This document shows, piece after piece, positions 27,324 through 37,039 of a stretch of DNA of 64,000 bases. Origin of the DNA: an uncultured Methylococcaceae bacterium. Lineage in GTDB: Bacteria; Pseudomonadota; Gammaproteobacteria; Methylococcales; Methylomonadaceae. A model generated the notes under the pieces. It was given only the letters and a program-made list of their open reading frames with translations. It had not been told where the DNA came from and did no database searches. Where the stretch lies: contig CAJAVP010000036.1 in NCBI GenBank assembly GCA_903945375.1, positions 18,659 to 82,658 on the forward strand, read 5' to 3'. The translations under genes and the position numbers were made by a program. Each line of letters begins with the position of its first letter. The stretch's first letter is position 1.

Positions 27324-29018
27324 ATGCAGTATTCAAAAGGATTTTTTTTTCAATTTGTGCGTTTGGCAGGGCCGTTTTGGTATTCTGAGAATAAGTCTGC
27401 GATTCGTTTGCAAACCTTTGCTCTGATTGCCTTGACCATTATGCAAATGGTTATTGCGGTGGAAATTACCGAATGGAGTGCGGCTTTGTTTAACGCCTTA
27501 GAGCAGCATTCTATGGCGGGTTTATTTAGGCAGGTCGCTCTGCTGGTGTTGATTTTTGCAGCCAGTATGGCGGTGACTGTGACGCATTTAAATGTTAAGC
27601 GTAGCTTACAGGTAGGGTGGCGTAATTGGTTAACTGAGCGTGTGATTGGGCAATGGATGGATAAGTCGCATCACTACTTGGTGACACATATTCAGACGGC
27701 TCATCATGATAATCCCGATGGGCGTATTGCTGAGGATATTCGTATTGCCACGGAGGAAGCTATCGCGTTGTGCCATACGCTGTTTTATAGCTTTTTGGTC
27801 TTGGTTAGCTTTACAACTATTTTGTGGTCGCTTTCCGGTGAAGTGATGCTGGATTTGGGATTATTCCGTTTGAATATACATGGTTATTTGGTGTGGATAG
27901 CTATTATTTATGCGGTAACAGCCTCTTTTTTAGGCTGGCGAATTGGTAAGCCTTTAATTCATGCGACCGATGTCAAGCAAACCGCTGAAGCAAACTTTCG
28001 CTTTGATTTAGCAACGGCTCGTGAACACTCTTTGGCCATCGCGCTTATTCATAGTGAAGCTGATGAGCAAAAGCGATTTTTTGGTTTGTTTCGGGGAATT
28101 ATCGAAGCGTTTAATCGACAAACTCAAGCGATGTCACACATCATGTTGTTTACGTCAGGTTACTCGGTGTTGTCTATGGCGTTCCCTGTCTTGGTTTCAG
28201 CACCGCGTTATATCATCGGCAGTATTAGTCTAGGGGCTTTAATGCAGTCAGCACAGGCATTTCAGCAGACAACCTCGGCTCTGTCTTGGCCAGTTGATAA
28301 TATGTCTGGGGTGGCGCAATGGCGAGCTTCGGTGGAGCGGGTATTAAGCTTAGCGAAAGCCTTGGATGATTTAGAGATTGAGTTGACTCGAATGGATCCG
28401 CATCGCATTGTCGTAGAAAAAAATGATACTTCGGTCTTGAGTTTTGAGGATTTATGTATTGCTCGCCTTGATAATGTGGTTTGTGTGTCCGCTTTAAACG
28501 CAGAGATTAAAGCGGGTGATCGTGTGTTGGTGTCGGGTAATGCGTATACCGGGTCTAAACTATTTAAAGCGATTACTGGGTTGTGGCCCTGGGGTTCGGG
28601 GCGAATAGAGTTGCCGGATAATGAGCTGGTATTTTTTATGCCGCCTAGGCCGTATTTACCTTCAGGAACCTTACGCTCGGCGATTTGTTATCCCGCAGGT
28701 CATGAGGCGGTGAGTCAGTCGGCACTGGAGCAGGCAATGCTCATGACAGGTTTGAGTGAGCTAATAAGTCAATTAGATCAGATTGATTTTTGGGACAAGG
28801 CGCTCCCTCGGGAACAACAGCAACGCTTAGGTATGGTTAGATTATTATTACAGCGTCCTAAGTGGGTGTTAATCCAAGAATCGTTTGATTCGTTGAGTCC
28901 CGAAGGTGAAATTGAGATGTACCGTTTGATTTGTCAAGAATTACCCGACTCTGCCTTACTGACGGTGAGCAATCAGCCCATTGCGGAAGCTTTTCATCCT
29001 CGCAAAATTATCGTTTAA
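27324..29018 (+). CDS. YddA/BacA(Rv1819c)-like ABC transporter, fused TMD plus degenerate NBD
   Basis: DNPDGRIAEDI, EANFRF, ALMQSAQAFQQ TMD motifs; NBD motifs altered (see findings). Confidence 0.85.
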   Translation: MQYSKGFFFQFVRLAGPFWYSENKSAIRLQTFALIALTIMQMVIAVEITEWSAALFNALEQHSMAGLFRQVALLVLIFAASMAVTVTHLNVKRSLQVGWRNWLTERVIGQWMDKSHHYLVTHIQTAHHDNPDGRIAEDIRIATEEAIALCHTLFYSFLVLVSFTTILWSLSGEVMLDLGLFRLNIHGYLVWIAIIYAVTASFLGWRIGKPLIHATDVKQTAEANFRFDLATAREHSLAIALIHSEADEQKRFFGLFRGIIEAFNRQTQAMSHIMLFTSGYSVLSMAFPVLVSAPRYIIGSISLGALMQSAQAFQQTTSALSWPVDNMSGVAQWRASVERVLSLAKALDDLEIELTRMDPHRIVVEKNDTSVLSFEDLCIARLDNVVCVSALNAEIKAGDRVLVSGNAYTGSKLFKAITGLWPWGSGRIELPDNELVFFMPPRPYLPSGTLRSAICYPAGHEAVSQSALEQAMLMTGLSELISQLDQIDFWDKALPREQQQRLGMVRLLLQRPKWVLIQESFDSLSPEGEIEMYRLICQELPDSALLTVSNQPIAEAFHPRKIIV

Positions 29019-29043
29019 ATTTACAAACAACTAAGGAAAACTG

Positions 29044-30165
29044 ATGAAATTTCCAGTCAACAATAAATTCAGTAAAAAAATACGTGGTGTTAATTTGGGC
29101 AGTTGGTTAGTCATTGAAAAATGGATGGTGCCCAGTCTTTTTGAGGGCATGAGTGCAACAGATGAAACGACCTTTTGTGTTGAATTGGGCGCAGATGCTG
29201 AGCGGGTATTAAAAAACCACTGGGATACCTTTATCACCAAAGAGGATTTTGTATGGCTTGCTCAATGCGGTATTAACGCAGTGCGTATTCCGGTTGGGCA
29301 TTGGCTATTTGGTGCTGATTATCCCTATCACCCGAGTTATGGCGATAATCGATACCCCTTTGCCCAAGGAGGGCTCGAGGTGTTGGATCGCGCGTTTGTT
29401 TGGGCTGAGGAATTGGGCTTACATGTGGTGTTGGATTTACATGCGGCACCGGGCTGTCAAAATGGCTTTGATAATGGCGGCATTAAAGATGTTTGTGAAT
29501 GGCATACTAAACAGGACTATTTGGATCATTCGCTGTCCGTTTTGGAGCGGCTTGCTCAGCGTTACCAAGGAAGTCCTGCGCTTCATGCGATTGAAGTTTT
29601 AAATGAACCGCGTTGGGATGTCCCGACGGACTTACTGAAAACTTACACGACGGCGGCATATCACGTTATTCGTAAGCATTGTCAACCTGAAAATGTTGCA
29701 GTGGTTTTTCACGATGGTTTTCGTTCTCACACCGAGTACAGTGGTTTTATGGCTGAACCAGAGTTTAAAAATGTTATCTTTGATATTCATCGTTATCAAT
29801 GTTTTGCCCGTGAAGAAATTGATCTGGATATTTATGGGCATATTCAAAAAACGGTTGTCGATTGGAAAAACGAAGCCAACGAGATTAACCACGATCGACA
29901 CGGCGGCGCTTATGTTGGAGAGTGGAGTTTAGGTATCAATTTAAAAGTAGTGTCATTATGGGCGGAAGGGCCTTTTAATCATGCGCTTGAAGACATGGAT
30001 GAGTTTCAAACTGACGTGGGTTACCGCGTTTATGGCGCGGCACAGCTAGCGAGTTTTGAAAAATATGCGGGATGGTTCTTTTGGAGTTACAAAACTGAAA
30101 CGACACCGGATTGGTGTTTTCGGGCTTGTGTTGAAAATGGTTGGTTGCCAAGCCGTTACTTTTAA
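29044..30165 (+). CDS. Glycoside hydrolase family 5 (exo-beta-glucanase-like), cytoplasmic
   Basis: RGVNLGSWLVIEKWM, RIPVGHW, LDLHAAPG.QNG, NEP acid/base, VGEWS nucleophile, GWFFWSYK; no signal peptide. Confidence 0.9.
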   Translation: MKFPVNNKFSKKIRGVNLGSWLVIEKWMVPSLFEGMSATDETTFCVELGADAERVLKNHWDTFITKEDFVWLAQCGINAVRIPVGHWLFGADYPYHPSYGDNRYPFAQGGLEVLDRAFVWAEELGLHVVLDLHAAPGCQNGFDNGGIKDVCEWHTKQDYLDHSLSVLERLAQRYQGSPALHAIEVLNEPRWDVPTDLLKTYTTAAYHVIRKHCQPENVAVVFHDGFRSHTEYSGFMAEPEFKNVIFDIHRYQCFAREEIDLDIYGHIQKTVVDWKNEANEINHDRHGGAYVGEWSLGINLKVVSLWAEGPFNHALEDMDEFQTDVGYRVYGAAQLASFEKYAGWFFWSYKTETTPDWCFRACVENGWLPSRYF

Positions 30166-30342
30166 AGTGTATTTAATAAATTCCTATCACGGTAACTGGT
30201 ATAGATACGCGCGTTGGGTTAGAATTACGCAGTTTATTTGTGATTATTTTATTGTGTCATTAAACATACGTGCGTGTATCTTGGTTACGATAAAACGAAA
30301 AAACGCATAAAAGTCTATAACAACTATCTAAGGGGCTGCTCC

Positions 30343-31863
30343 GTGAACAAAACAAAGCAACTATTCGCAGGTCTGATCTTAATGGCTTTGGCCGAGGGGA
30401 CAGCGCATGCGGACTATACGCTCAACTTAATGAAGGGGGTCACAAAAGTCAGTAATGACATTTATGACCTACATATGCTGATTTTATGGATCTGTGTAAT
30501 TATCGGTGTTGGTGTGTTTGGCACTATGTTTTATTCGATTTACCATCATCGTAAATCAAAAGGACATCAAGCTGCACAATTCCATGAAAATACAACTGTA
30601 GAAATCATTTGGACAATTATTCCCACTCTGATCCTGATTGGTATGGCAATTCCTGCGACTAAAACCTTATTGGAATTAGAGGATGTTCAAGATGCCGAAA
30701 TGTCGATTAAAGTGACGGGTTGGCAGTGGAAATGGGAATATGAATATTTAGACAACGGTATTCATTTCTTCAGTAGTCTTGATGAAGCCAGCAATAAAGC
30801 GCGTCAGGTTGGTTCGGGTATCGATCCGCGTACTGTTCCTCATTATTTGCTGAACGTCGACAAGCCGTTGGTTATCCCAACCAAGAAAAAAATCCGTTTT
30901 TTGTTTACGGCAGCCGATGTACTTCACTCTTGGTGGATTCCTGATTTAGGTTGGAAAAAGGATGCAATCCCAGGTTTTATTAATGAAGCATGGACTTCCG
31001 TTGACAATCCAGGAACTTATCGCGGTCAATGTACGGAGTTATGTGGCAAAGATCATGGCTTCATGCCGATTGTCGTGATCGCAATGGAGCAGCCCGAATA
31101 TGATGCGTGGGTTAAAAAGACACAAGAAGACGCTAAAAAAGGTGCAGATTTAAGCGATCAAAGCCATGACGAGTTGGTCTCTAAAGGTGCGGCTGTGTAC
31201 GCGAAAAACTGCTCGACTTGTCATTTGCCTGACGGCAAAGGTGTACCTGGAGCATTTCCTGCCATTACGGGTAGTGCGCTGGTCAAAGGTGATATCAATG
31301 CACAAGTTAGTCTTGTTGTGAACGGTAAAGGTGCGATGCCAGCGTTTGGTAAAATGTTAAAAGCGGATGAGTTAGCGCAAGTTATTACTTATACACGCAA
31401 TGCCTTAGGCAATGCTGTCGGTGATCATGTTCAACCGAAAGCTATCCAAGAACTTTTGCCTAAGCCATCGAGTGCGGCTGCGCCAAAAGCGACACCCGCA
31501 ACCGTCGAAAAGATTGAGCCAATGGCCGATATGAGCAAAGATGACTTATTGGTTTTAGGCAAGACCATTTATAACAGTAACTGTTCATCATGTCATCAGG
31601 CAGAAGGACAAGGCAATCCGCCGATGTTCCCTGCATTAAAAGGCAGTGCTGTCGTCTTAGGCGATATCAATGCTCAAATTAATTTAATGTTAAACGGCAA
31701 AGGTATGATGCCAGGTTTTGGACATTCCTTAAAAGCCAATGAATTTGCTGCTGTGGTTAGCTATACGCGCAATGGTTTAGGCAATGCGGTTAATGATGTC
31801 GTTCAGCCATCTGTTATACAACAACTGCAAGCCGCTTTGCCGCCAGAACAGAATGATGATTAA
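30343..31863 (+). CDS. coxB: Cytochrome c oxidase subunit II with two C-terminal cytochrome c domains
   Basis: CuA motifs DVLHSW and CTELCGKDHGFMP; heme c motifs CSTCH and CSSCH; GTG start at 30343. Confidence 0.95.
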   Translation: MNKTKQLFAGLILMALAEGTAHADYTLNLMKGVTKVSNDIYDLHMLILWICVIIGVGVFGTMFYSIYHHRKSKGHQAAQFHENTTVEIIWTIIPTLILIGMAIPATKTLLELEDVQDAEMSIKVTGWQWKWEYEYLDNGIHFFSSLDEASNKARQVGSGIDPRTVPHYLLNVDKPLVIPTKKKIRFLFTAADVLHSWWIPDLGWKKDAIPGFINEAWTSVDNPGTYRGQCTELCGKDHGFMPIVVIAMEQPEYDAWVKKTQEDAKKGADLSDQSHDELVSKGAAVYAKNCSTCHLPDGKGVPGAFPAITGSALVKGDINAQVSLVVNGKGAMPAFGKMLKADELAQVITYTRNALGNAVGDHVQPKAIQELLPKPSSAAAPKATPATVEKIEPMADMSKDDLLVLGKTIYNSNCSSCHQAEGQGNPPMFPALKGSAVVLGDINAQINLMLNGKGMMPGFGHSLKANEFAAVVSYTRNGLGNAVNDVVQPSVIQQLQAALPPEQNDD

Positions 31864-31915
31864 TCGTTACTGTTAATAGATTTAATTCTTTTTATAAATT
31901 TTTGAGGTATTAACT

Positions 31916-33538
31916 ATGTCCGCTGTTATAGCTGAACATGACGATCATCACGAACATGATGATCATGCTCACGGCCCTGAGAAGGGTATTTTAAGATGGA
32001 TCATCACGACGAATCACAAAGATATTGGTACGTTGTATTTGTTTTTTGCCTTAGCGATGTTCTTTGTCGGCGGGATAATGGCGATGATTATCCGTGCTGA
32101 GTTGTTTGAACCCGGTATGCAATTTGTGCAACCGCAGTTTTTCAATTCAATGACGACAATGCACGCATTGGTGATGGTGTTTGGTGCGGTTATGCCGGCA
32201 TTTGTTGGCTTAGCTAACTGGATGATTCCCATGATGATTGGTGCGCCTGATATGGCGTTGCCGCGCATGAACAACATGAGCTTTTGGGTGTTGGTAGCTG
32301 GCGTGTTAATGTTGGCAAGTACCTTATTCATGGAAGGTGGTGCGCCAGCGGGTGGTTGGACACTCTATCCTCCCTTAGTATTGCAAACCGGTAAGGCCTT
32401 GCCATTTGCTATTTTCTCTGTGCATTTGCTGGGTATTTCTTCCATTATGGGAGCGATTAACATTATTGCGACTATTTTCAATATGCGTGCTCCAGGCATG
32501 ACATTGATGAAAATGCCATTATTTGTTTGGACTTGGTTGATTACCGCATTCTTGCTAATTGCCGTCATGCCGGTGTTTGCAGGTGCAGTAACGATGTTGC
32601 TGACAGATAGATTTTTTGGTACTAGCTTTTTTGATGCAGCAGGCGGCGGTGATCCTGTATTGTATCAACATATTTTCTGGTTCTTCGGTCATCCTGAAGT
32701 TTATATCATGATTTTGCCCACCTTTGGTGTGGCTTCGACCATTATCCCCGTGTTTGCTCGTAAACCATTATTTGGTTATAGCTCAATGGTTTATGCAACA
32801 GCCTCGATTGCGTTTTTATCGTTTATCGTTTGGGCGCATCATATGTTCACTGTTGGAATGCCTGTGGCAGGTGAGTTGTACTTCATGTATGCCACCATGT
32901 TAATCGCAATTCCAACTGGCGTAAAAGTATTCAACTGGACTGCCACCATGTGGAAGGGTGCGATGACCTTTGAAACGCCAATGTTGTTTTCCATTGCCTT
33001 TGTGGTTTTGTTTACGATTGGCGGATTTACGGGATTGATGATGTCAATTGCCCCCTCTGATTTCCAATACCATGACACGTATTTTATTGTTGCACATTTC
33101 CATTACACCTTAGTGCCTGCGTCAGTCTTTATTTTGATGGCGGCGGGTTACTATTGGCTGCCTAAATGGACGGGACATATGTATAACGAAAAAATCGGTC
33201 AGCTCCATTTTTGGTTATCTACGGTGTCAGTGAATATTCTGTTCTTTCCTCAGCATTTCTTAGGATTGGCGGGCATGCCGCGCCGAATTCCTGATTATGC
33301 GGTGCAATTTGCTGATTGGAATATGATTTCCAGTATTGGGGGATTTATCTTTGGTGCCAGTCAGTTGCTGTTTTTATATATCGTTATTGACACCATTCGT
33401 GGTGGTACAGGCGAGAAAGTATCGGATGAGGTCTGGGAAGATGCGCATAAACATGGCTTGGAATGGACGTTACCCTCTCCGCCGCCGTACCATAGCTTCA
33501 CGACCCCACCAACCATTATTCCAACCGAGCATATTTAG
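31916..33538 (+). CDS. coxA: Cytochrome c oxidase subunit I (A-type)
   Basis: [26 protein letters not shown]. Confidence 0.97.
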   Translation: MSAVIAEHDDHHEHDDHAHGPEKGILRWIITTNHKDIGTLYLFFALAMFFVGGIMAMIIRAELFEPGMQFVQPQFFNSMTTMHALVMVFGAVMPAFVGLANWMIPMMIGAPDMALPRMNNMSFWVLVAGVLMLASTLFMEGGAPAGGWTLYPPLVLQTGKALPFAIFSVHLLGISSIMGAINIIATIFNMRAPGMTLMKMPLFVWTWLITAFLLIAVMPVFAGAVTMLLTDRFFGTSFFDAAGGGDPVLYQHIFWFFGHPEVYIMILPTFGVASTIIPVFARKPLFGYSSMVYATASIAFLSFIVWAHHMFTVGMPVAGELYFMYATMLIAIPTGVKVFNWTATMWKGAMTFETPMLFSIAFVVLFTIGGFTGLMMSIAPSDFQYHDTYFIVAHFHYTLVPASVFILMAAGYYWLPKWTGHMYNEKIGQLHFWLSTVSVNILFFPQHFLGLAGMPRRIPDYAVQFADWNMISSIGGFIFGASQLLFLYIVIDTIRGGTGEKVSDEVWEDAHKHGLEWTLPSPPPYHSFTTPPTIIPTEHI

Positions 33539-33554
33539 TCGGTTAAATAAGCTG

Positions 33555-33584
33555 TGATACGTTAGTCGAATGGCTAACGTATCA
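33555..33584. other. Intergenic stem-loop after coxA
   Basis: TGATACGTTAG...CTAACGTATCA perfect 11-bp stem, no U-tract. Confidence 0.5.
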
Positions 33585-33593
33585 GGTGAGAAT

Positions 33594-33692
33594 ATGAAAA
33601 CAAAAACTAAAAATATACTAACTGCTTTAGTTCTTGGGCTGATTGCTTTTGGCGTCTACGCGTTTGCGGTTGTTAAAGCGATCTCTCAATGA
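33594..33692 (+). CDS. Small 32-aa single-TM protein, probable oxidase accessory/assembly peptide (not in the ORF track)
   Basis: MKTKTKNILTALVLGLIAFGVYAFAVVKAISQ*; GAG RBS-like motif upstream; TGA overlaps the ctaG ATG (ATGA). Confidence 0.65.
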   Translation: MKTKTKNILTALVLGLIAFGVYAFAVVKAISQ

Positions 33693-34225
33693 ACGATGAT
33701 ATTAACCAAAAAAACACAAAGTTAGTTCGCAAACTATTGCTGATTGCCGTGGCGATGTTTGGCTTCGGCTATGCGCTAGTACCACTGTACGATGTGCTAT
33801 GTGATATCACCGGACTAAATGGTAAAGTTGAGGGAAGTGCAGTTAAAGAAGTGGTTTATCCTATTGATAAAAATAGGGAAATTACTGTTGAATTCATCAC
33901 CTCATTGAATGAATCCGCACCAATGGAGTTTCGTGCGGAAACCAAAAAATTAAAAATTCATCCCGGTGAATATTACACCGTGAATTTTTATGCCGAAAAC
34001 AAGACTGATAAGGTCATGATAGCTCAGGCGATTCCAAGTATCTCTCCTGGATTAGCCGCTGAATATTTTAAAAAAACCGAGTGTTTTTGTTTTACAGAAC
34101 AGACGTTCAAAGCGCGGGAAGGCAAGATGATGCCCGTACGTTTTGTTGTTAATCCTGAGCTGCCATCACAATATAAAACGATCACTCTTGCTTATACATT
34201 TTTTGATAAAACTAAAACACAGTGA
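33689..34225 (+). CDS. ctaG: Cytochrome c oxidase copper assembly protein CtaG/Cox11
   Basis: FGYALVPLYDVLC, YFKKTECFCF. Confidence 0.95.
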   Translation: MNDDINQKNTKLVRKLLLIAVAMFGFGYALVPLYDVLCDITGLNGKVEGSAVKEVVYPIDKNREITVEFITSLNESAPMEFRAETKKLKIHPGEYYTVNFYAENKTDKVMIAQAIPSISPGLAAEYFKKTECFCFTEQTFKAREGKMMPVRFVVNPELPSQYKTITLAYTFFDKTKTQ

Positions 34226-34242
34226 AAGGATAGGAGAAAATT

Positions 34243-35127
34243 ATGTCTTCAAGTCAAACTTATTATATCCCGCACAAAGCGACATGGCCGGTTATGGCAA
34301 CGGGTGGTCTAGCGATGTTATTGGCTGGATTTGCAAATTACCTCAATGGCTCATCCATTGGATCAACTCTGATGATTTTGGGGTTTGCAATTTTTATTGT
34401 CATGTTAGCGGGTTGGTTTACATTACAGTCGACTGAAAGCGAAGCCGGTATGTATAGTCACCAAGTGGGTATTTCTTACCGTATGGGAATGATGTGGTTC
34501 ATCTTTTCTGAAGTGATGTTTTTCGCTGTATTTTTTGGAACTTTATGGTACACCCGTAATTTATCAGTGCCTTGGTTGGGCGGTGAAGGTGTAGGTGCGG
34601 CAACTAAAGAATTTTTATGGCCCAATTTTGAAGCAACCTGGCCTACTAATGGTCCAGGTAAATTAGTCAATGGGTTACCAACAGCCGATGGCGAATTTGA
34701 GAAAATGAGTGCTTGGGGGCTGCCCTTTTTGAACACATTGATTCTGTTAAGTAGTGGCGTGACCTGTACTTGGGCACATCACGGCTTGCTTGCCAATCAC
34801 CGCGATCAGTTGATTAAAGGCTTGATTGCCACGGTGGCATTAGGATTTTTGTTCGTTGCCTTTCAAGCGATTGAATATCATGAAGCGTATACTGAAATGG
34901 GCTTAACATTAGGTTCAGGGATTTATGGCTCGACCTTTTTCATGTTGACTGGCTTTCATGGTTTTCACGTTTGCGTTGGTGCGATTATCTTAAGTGTCGT
35001 GTTATTCCGTAGCTCAAAAGGTCATTTCAAACCAGAGAATCACTTTGCATTTGAAGCCGCCGCTTGGTATTGGCACTTTGTTGACGTGGTTTGGTTAGGT
35101 TTGTTTATCTTTGTTTATATTATGTAA
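34243..35127 (+). CDS. coxC: Cytochrome c oxidase subunit III
   Basis: WFIFSEVMFF, TGFHGFHV, WYWHFVDVVW. Confidence 0.96.
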   Translation: MSSSQTYYIPHKATWPVMATGGLAMLLAGFANYLNGSSIGSTLMILGFAIFIVMLAGWFTLQSTESEAGMYSHQVGISYRMGMMWFIFSEVMFFAVFFGTLWYTRNLSVPWLGGEGVGAATKEFLWPNFEATWPTNGPGKLVNGLPTADGEFEKMSAWGLPFLNTLILLSSGVTCTWAHHGLLANHRDQLIKGLIATVALGFLFVAFQAIEYHEAYTEMGLTLGSGIYGSTFFMLTGFHGFHVCVGAIILSVVLFRSSKGHFKPENHFAFEAAAWYWHFVDVVWLGLFIFVYIM

Positions 35128-35145
35128 GTCGATATCAAATCACTG

Positions 35146-35180
35146 AAAAAGAGCGTTGTCAGAGACAACGCTTTTTTTTT
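35146..35180. terminator. Bidirectional intrinsic terminator
   Basis: AAAAA-G-AGCGTTGTC-aga-GACAACGCT-TTTTTTTT. Confidence 0.85.
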
Positions 35181-35188
35181 GCCAACCC

Positions 35189-35455
35189 TTATGGCGGACT
35201 GATGATCGTAGCGGTGCTTTTGTTACTGAGTATGTTTAAACCAATGCCATGCGGTTGGAATAAACCCGTCGCCATCGCAATAAAAATAAAAATAAACAGT
35301 ATAATGGACAAAGAAATCCGAAACGTCAGGGCTTTAACCATTTTGGCTGATTTTTCCTGACTTTGTTCTTTGTTTTTGATCAAATTATAGAGGGCAACCC
35401 CTAAGCTACTAAGGATCAGCAAGAAAACAAAAATCGCGATGCTTTTAATAATCAT
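35189..35455 (-). CDS. DUF2909 / twin-TM small protein typical of cox clusters
   Basis: ILSSLGVALYNL...MVKALTFRISLSI...G..QPHG; ATG at 35455. Confidence 0.85.
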   Translation of the reverse strand: MIIKSIAIFVFLLILSSLGVALYNLIKNKEQSQEKSAKMVKALTFRISLSIILFIFIFIAMATGLFQPHGIGLNILSNKSTATIISPP

Positions 35456-35583
35456 AATAAAAAATTTTGTTGATTTACGTTTTAGGGTCAATGCGATGAC
35501 GTGTGTTAAATCTAAGTCGAGCGCATTATGTTTATGAAGGGTGGCTGTTCGAAGTGTCAATATAATAAAGTGCTTAACCAGTT

Positions 35584-36300
35584 ATGAATATTAAAATTAT
35601 ACCGACTTTGGCTTACCTGCTGATTTTACCCCTGTTGCTTAGTTTAAGTCATTGGCAATGGCAACGTGCACAAGAAAAAACGCAATGGCTTCATGATCAA
35701 GAGCAAGCCATGAATGCAGACGTTTTGGATTTAAATACCTTGATAAACGATGATTGGCGGGCTTTACGTTACAGGCCAATACGCGCTAAAGGGCATTATG
35801 ATTCATCTCATCAATTTTTGATAGATAATCAAATCAGCGCAGGTAAGCCCGGCTATTATGTGATGACCCCCTTTATTTTTGCAAACCAACCGGATACGGC
35901 ATCGAATAAAGCGGTGCTGGTTAATAGAGGTTGGCTTCCTTTGGGGCAGAATAGGACAGTTTTGCCGGTGTTGTCGGTGACTGAACAGCAAATTACCATT
36001 GAGGGACGCATTAATTACTTTCCTAGTGTTGGCGTAAAATTGGCGGGAGCAGAGCAACCGACGGACACCTGGCCGTCGGTGGTGCAAGTCGTCAACAGCG
36101 ATATTTTAGCGAAAAAACTTAATTATCCATTGACTACGGTTCAGCTTGAATTAGATAAACGGATGTCTGAAGGCTATAAACGAGAATGGCAGGTGTCAAC
36201 TCTGATGCGACCTGAACAACATAACGCCTATGCCCTGCAATGGCTGGGATTGGCGTTGACACTGACTTTTTTATATTTTTGGTATAGTTTTAAAAAATAA
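35584..36300 (+). CDS. SURF1 family cytochrome oxidase assembly protein
   Basis: WQWQRAQEK, VLVNRGW, HNAYALQW. Confidence 0.93.
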   Translation: MNIKIIPTLAYLLILPLLLSLSHWQWQRAQEKTQWLHDQEQAMNADVLDLNTLINDDWRALRYRPIRAKGHYDSSHQFLIDNQISAGKPGYYVMTPFIFANQPDTASNKAVLVNRGWLPLGQNRTVLPVLSVTEQQITIEGRINYFPSVGVKLAGAEQPTDTWPSVVQVVNSDILAKKLNYPLTTVQLELDKRMSEGYKREWQVSTLMRPEQHNAYALQWLGLALTLTFLYFWYSFKK

Positions 36301-37034
36301 TGGATCAACATAAAAAGAATCAACGCTTAATTATAATTATTTTTGGAATGACGATAATTCCCTTTCTGATTGCATTAGGTTTAAACACAAATCTCACTTG
36401 GTTGAAAAGCCATGTCAACAAAGGCCAATTAATAGAGCCGATTATTACGACCACGCATGATGATTGGCTTGGCTTTGATGACTTCTCGCAACAGAATCTT
36501 AAAGAATTGCAAGGTCATTGGTTAATCGTAAACCTGATTCCCAGTCAACACTGTCAGGCACTCTGTTTAGAGGCCTTATTAAAAACGAAGCAATTACGGC
36601 TTATGTTGGGTAAAGATTTATCACGGACTCGGCGTGTAGTTATGGTTTTTAATGATATTCCTGCTGAAATGACACGTCAGTGGTGGTTAAAAGATAGTCT
36701 ATTATGGCGACTTCAACTCACCCAAAATCAAACGGATGAGACTCTTTATCGCACACTTCAGCAAGAAGATAGTTTGCTTGACGAGGCCTTAATCAATCGA
36801 TTGCTGGCTAATGAAAATCCAGCGCTGGCACTACGCTCGGATCTTATCAGAGTGAAACCAAATGCTAAGCTAATAGAAAAGTTGACGCAGCTTAGGCAGG
36901 GGGCAATACCTGAAGGGATGCTGCTTCTGATTGATCCACTAGGAAATATCATGATGCAATATGAGTCAGGGTTTAATCCTTATGATGTCAAAACGGATTT
37001 ATTGCATCTATTAAGAATTTCACAAATCGGATAA
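36300..37034 (+). CDS. SCO-like / thioredoxin-fold oxidase assembly protein
   Basis: N-terminal TM, N.GQLI, CQALC, LIDPLGNIMMQY...DL..LLRISQIG. Confidence 0.75.
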   Translation: MDQHKKNQRLIIIIFGMTIIPFLIALGLNTNLTWLKSHVNKGQLIEPIITTTHDDWLGFDDFSQQNLKELQGHWLIVNLIPSQHCQALCLEALLKTKQLRLMLGKDLSRTRRVVMVFNDIPAEMTRQWWLKDSLLWRLQLTQNQTDETLYRTLQQEDSLLDEALINRLLANENPALALRSDLIRVKPNAKLIEKLTQLRQGAIPEGMLLLIDPLGNIMMQYESGFNPYDVKTDLLHLLRISQIG

Positions 37035-37039
37035 TTAGA

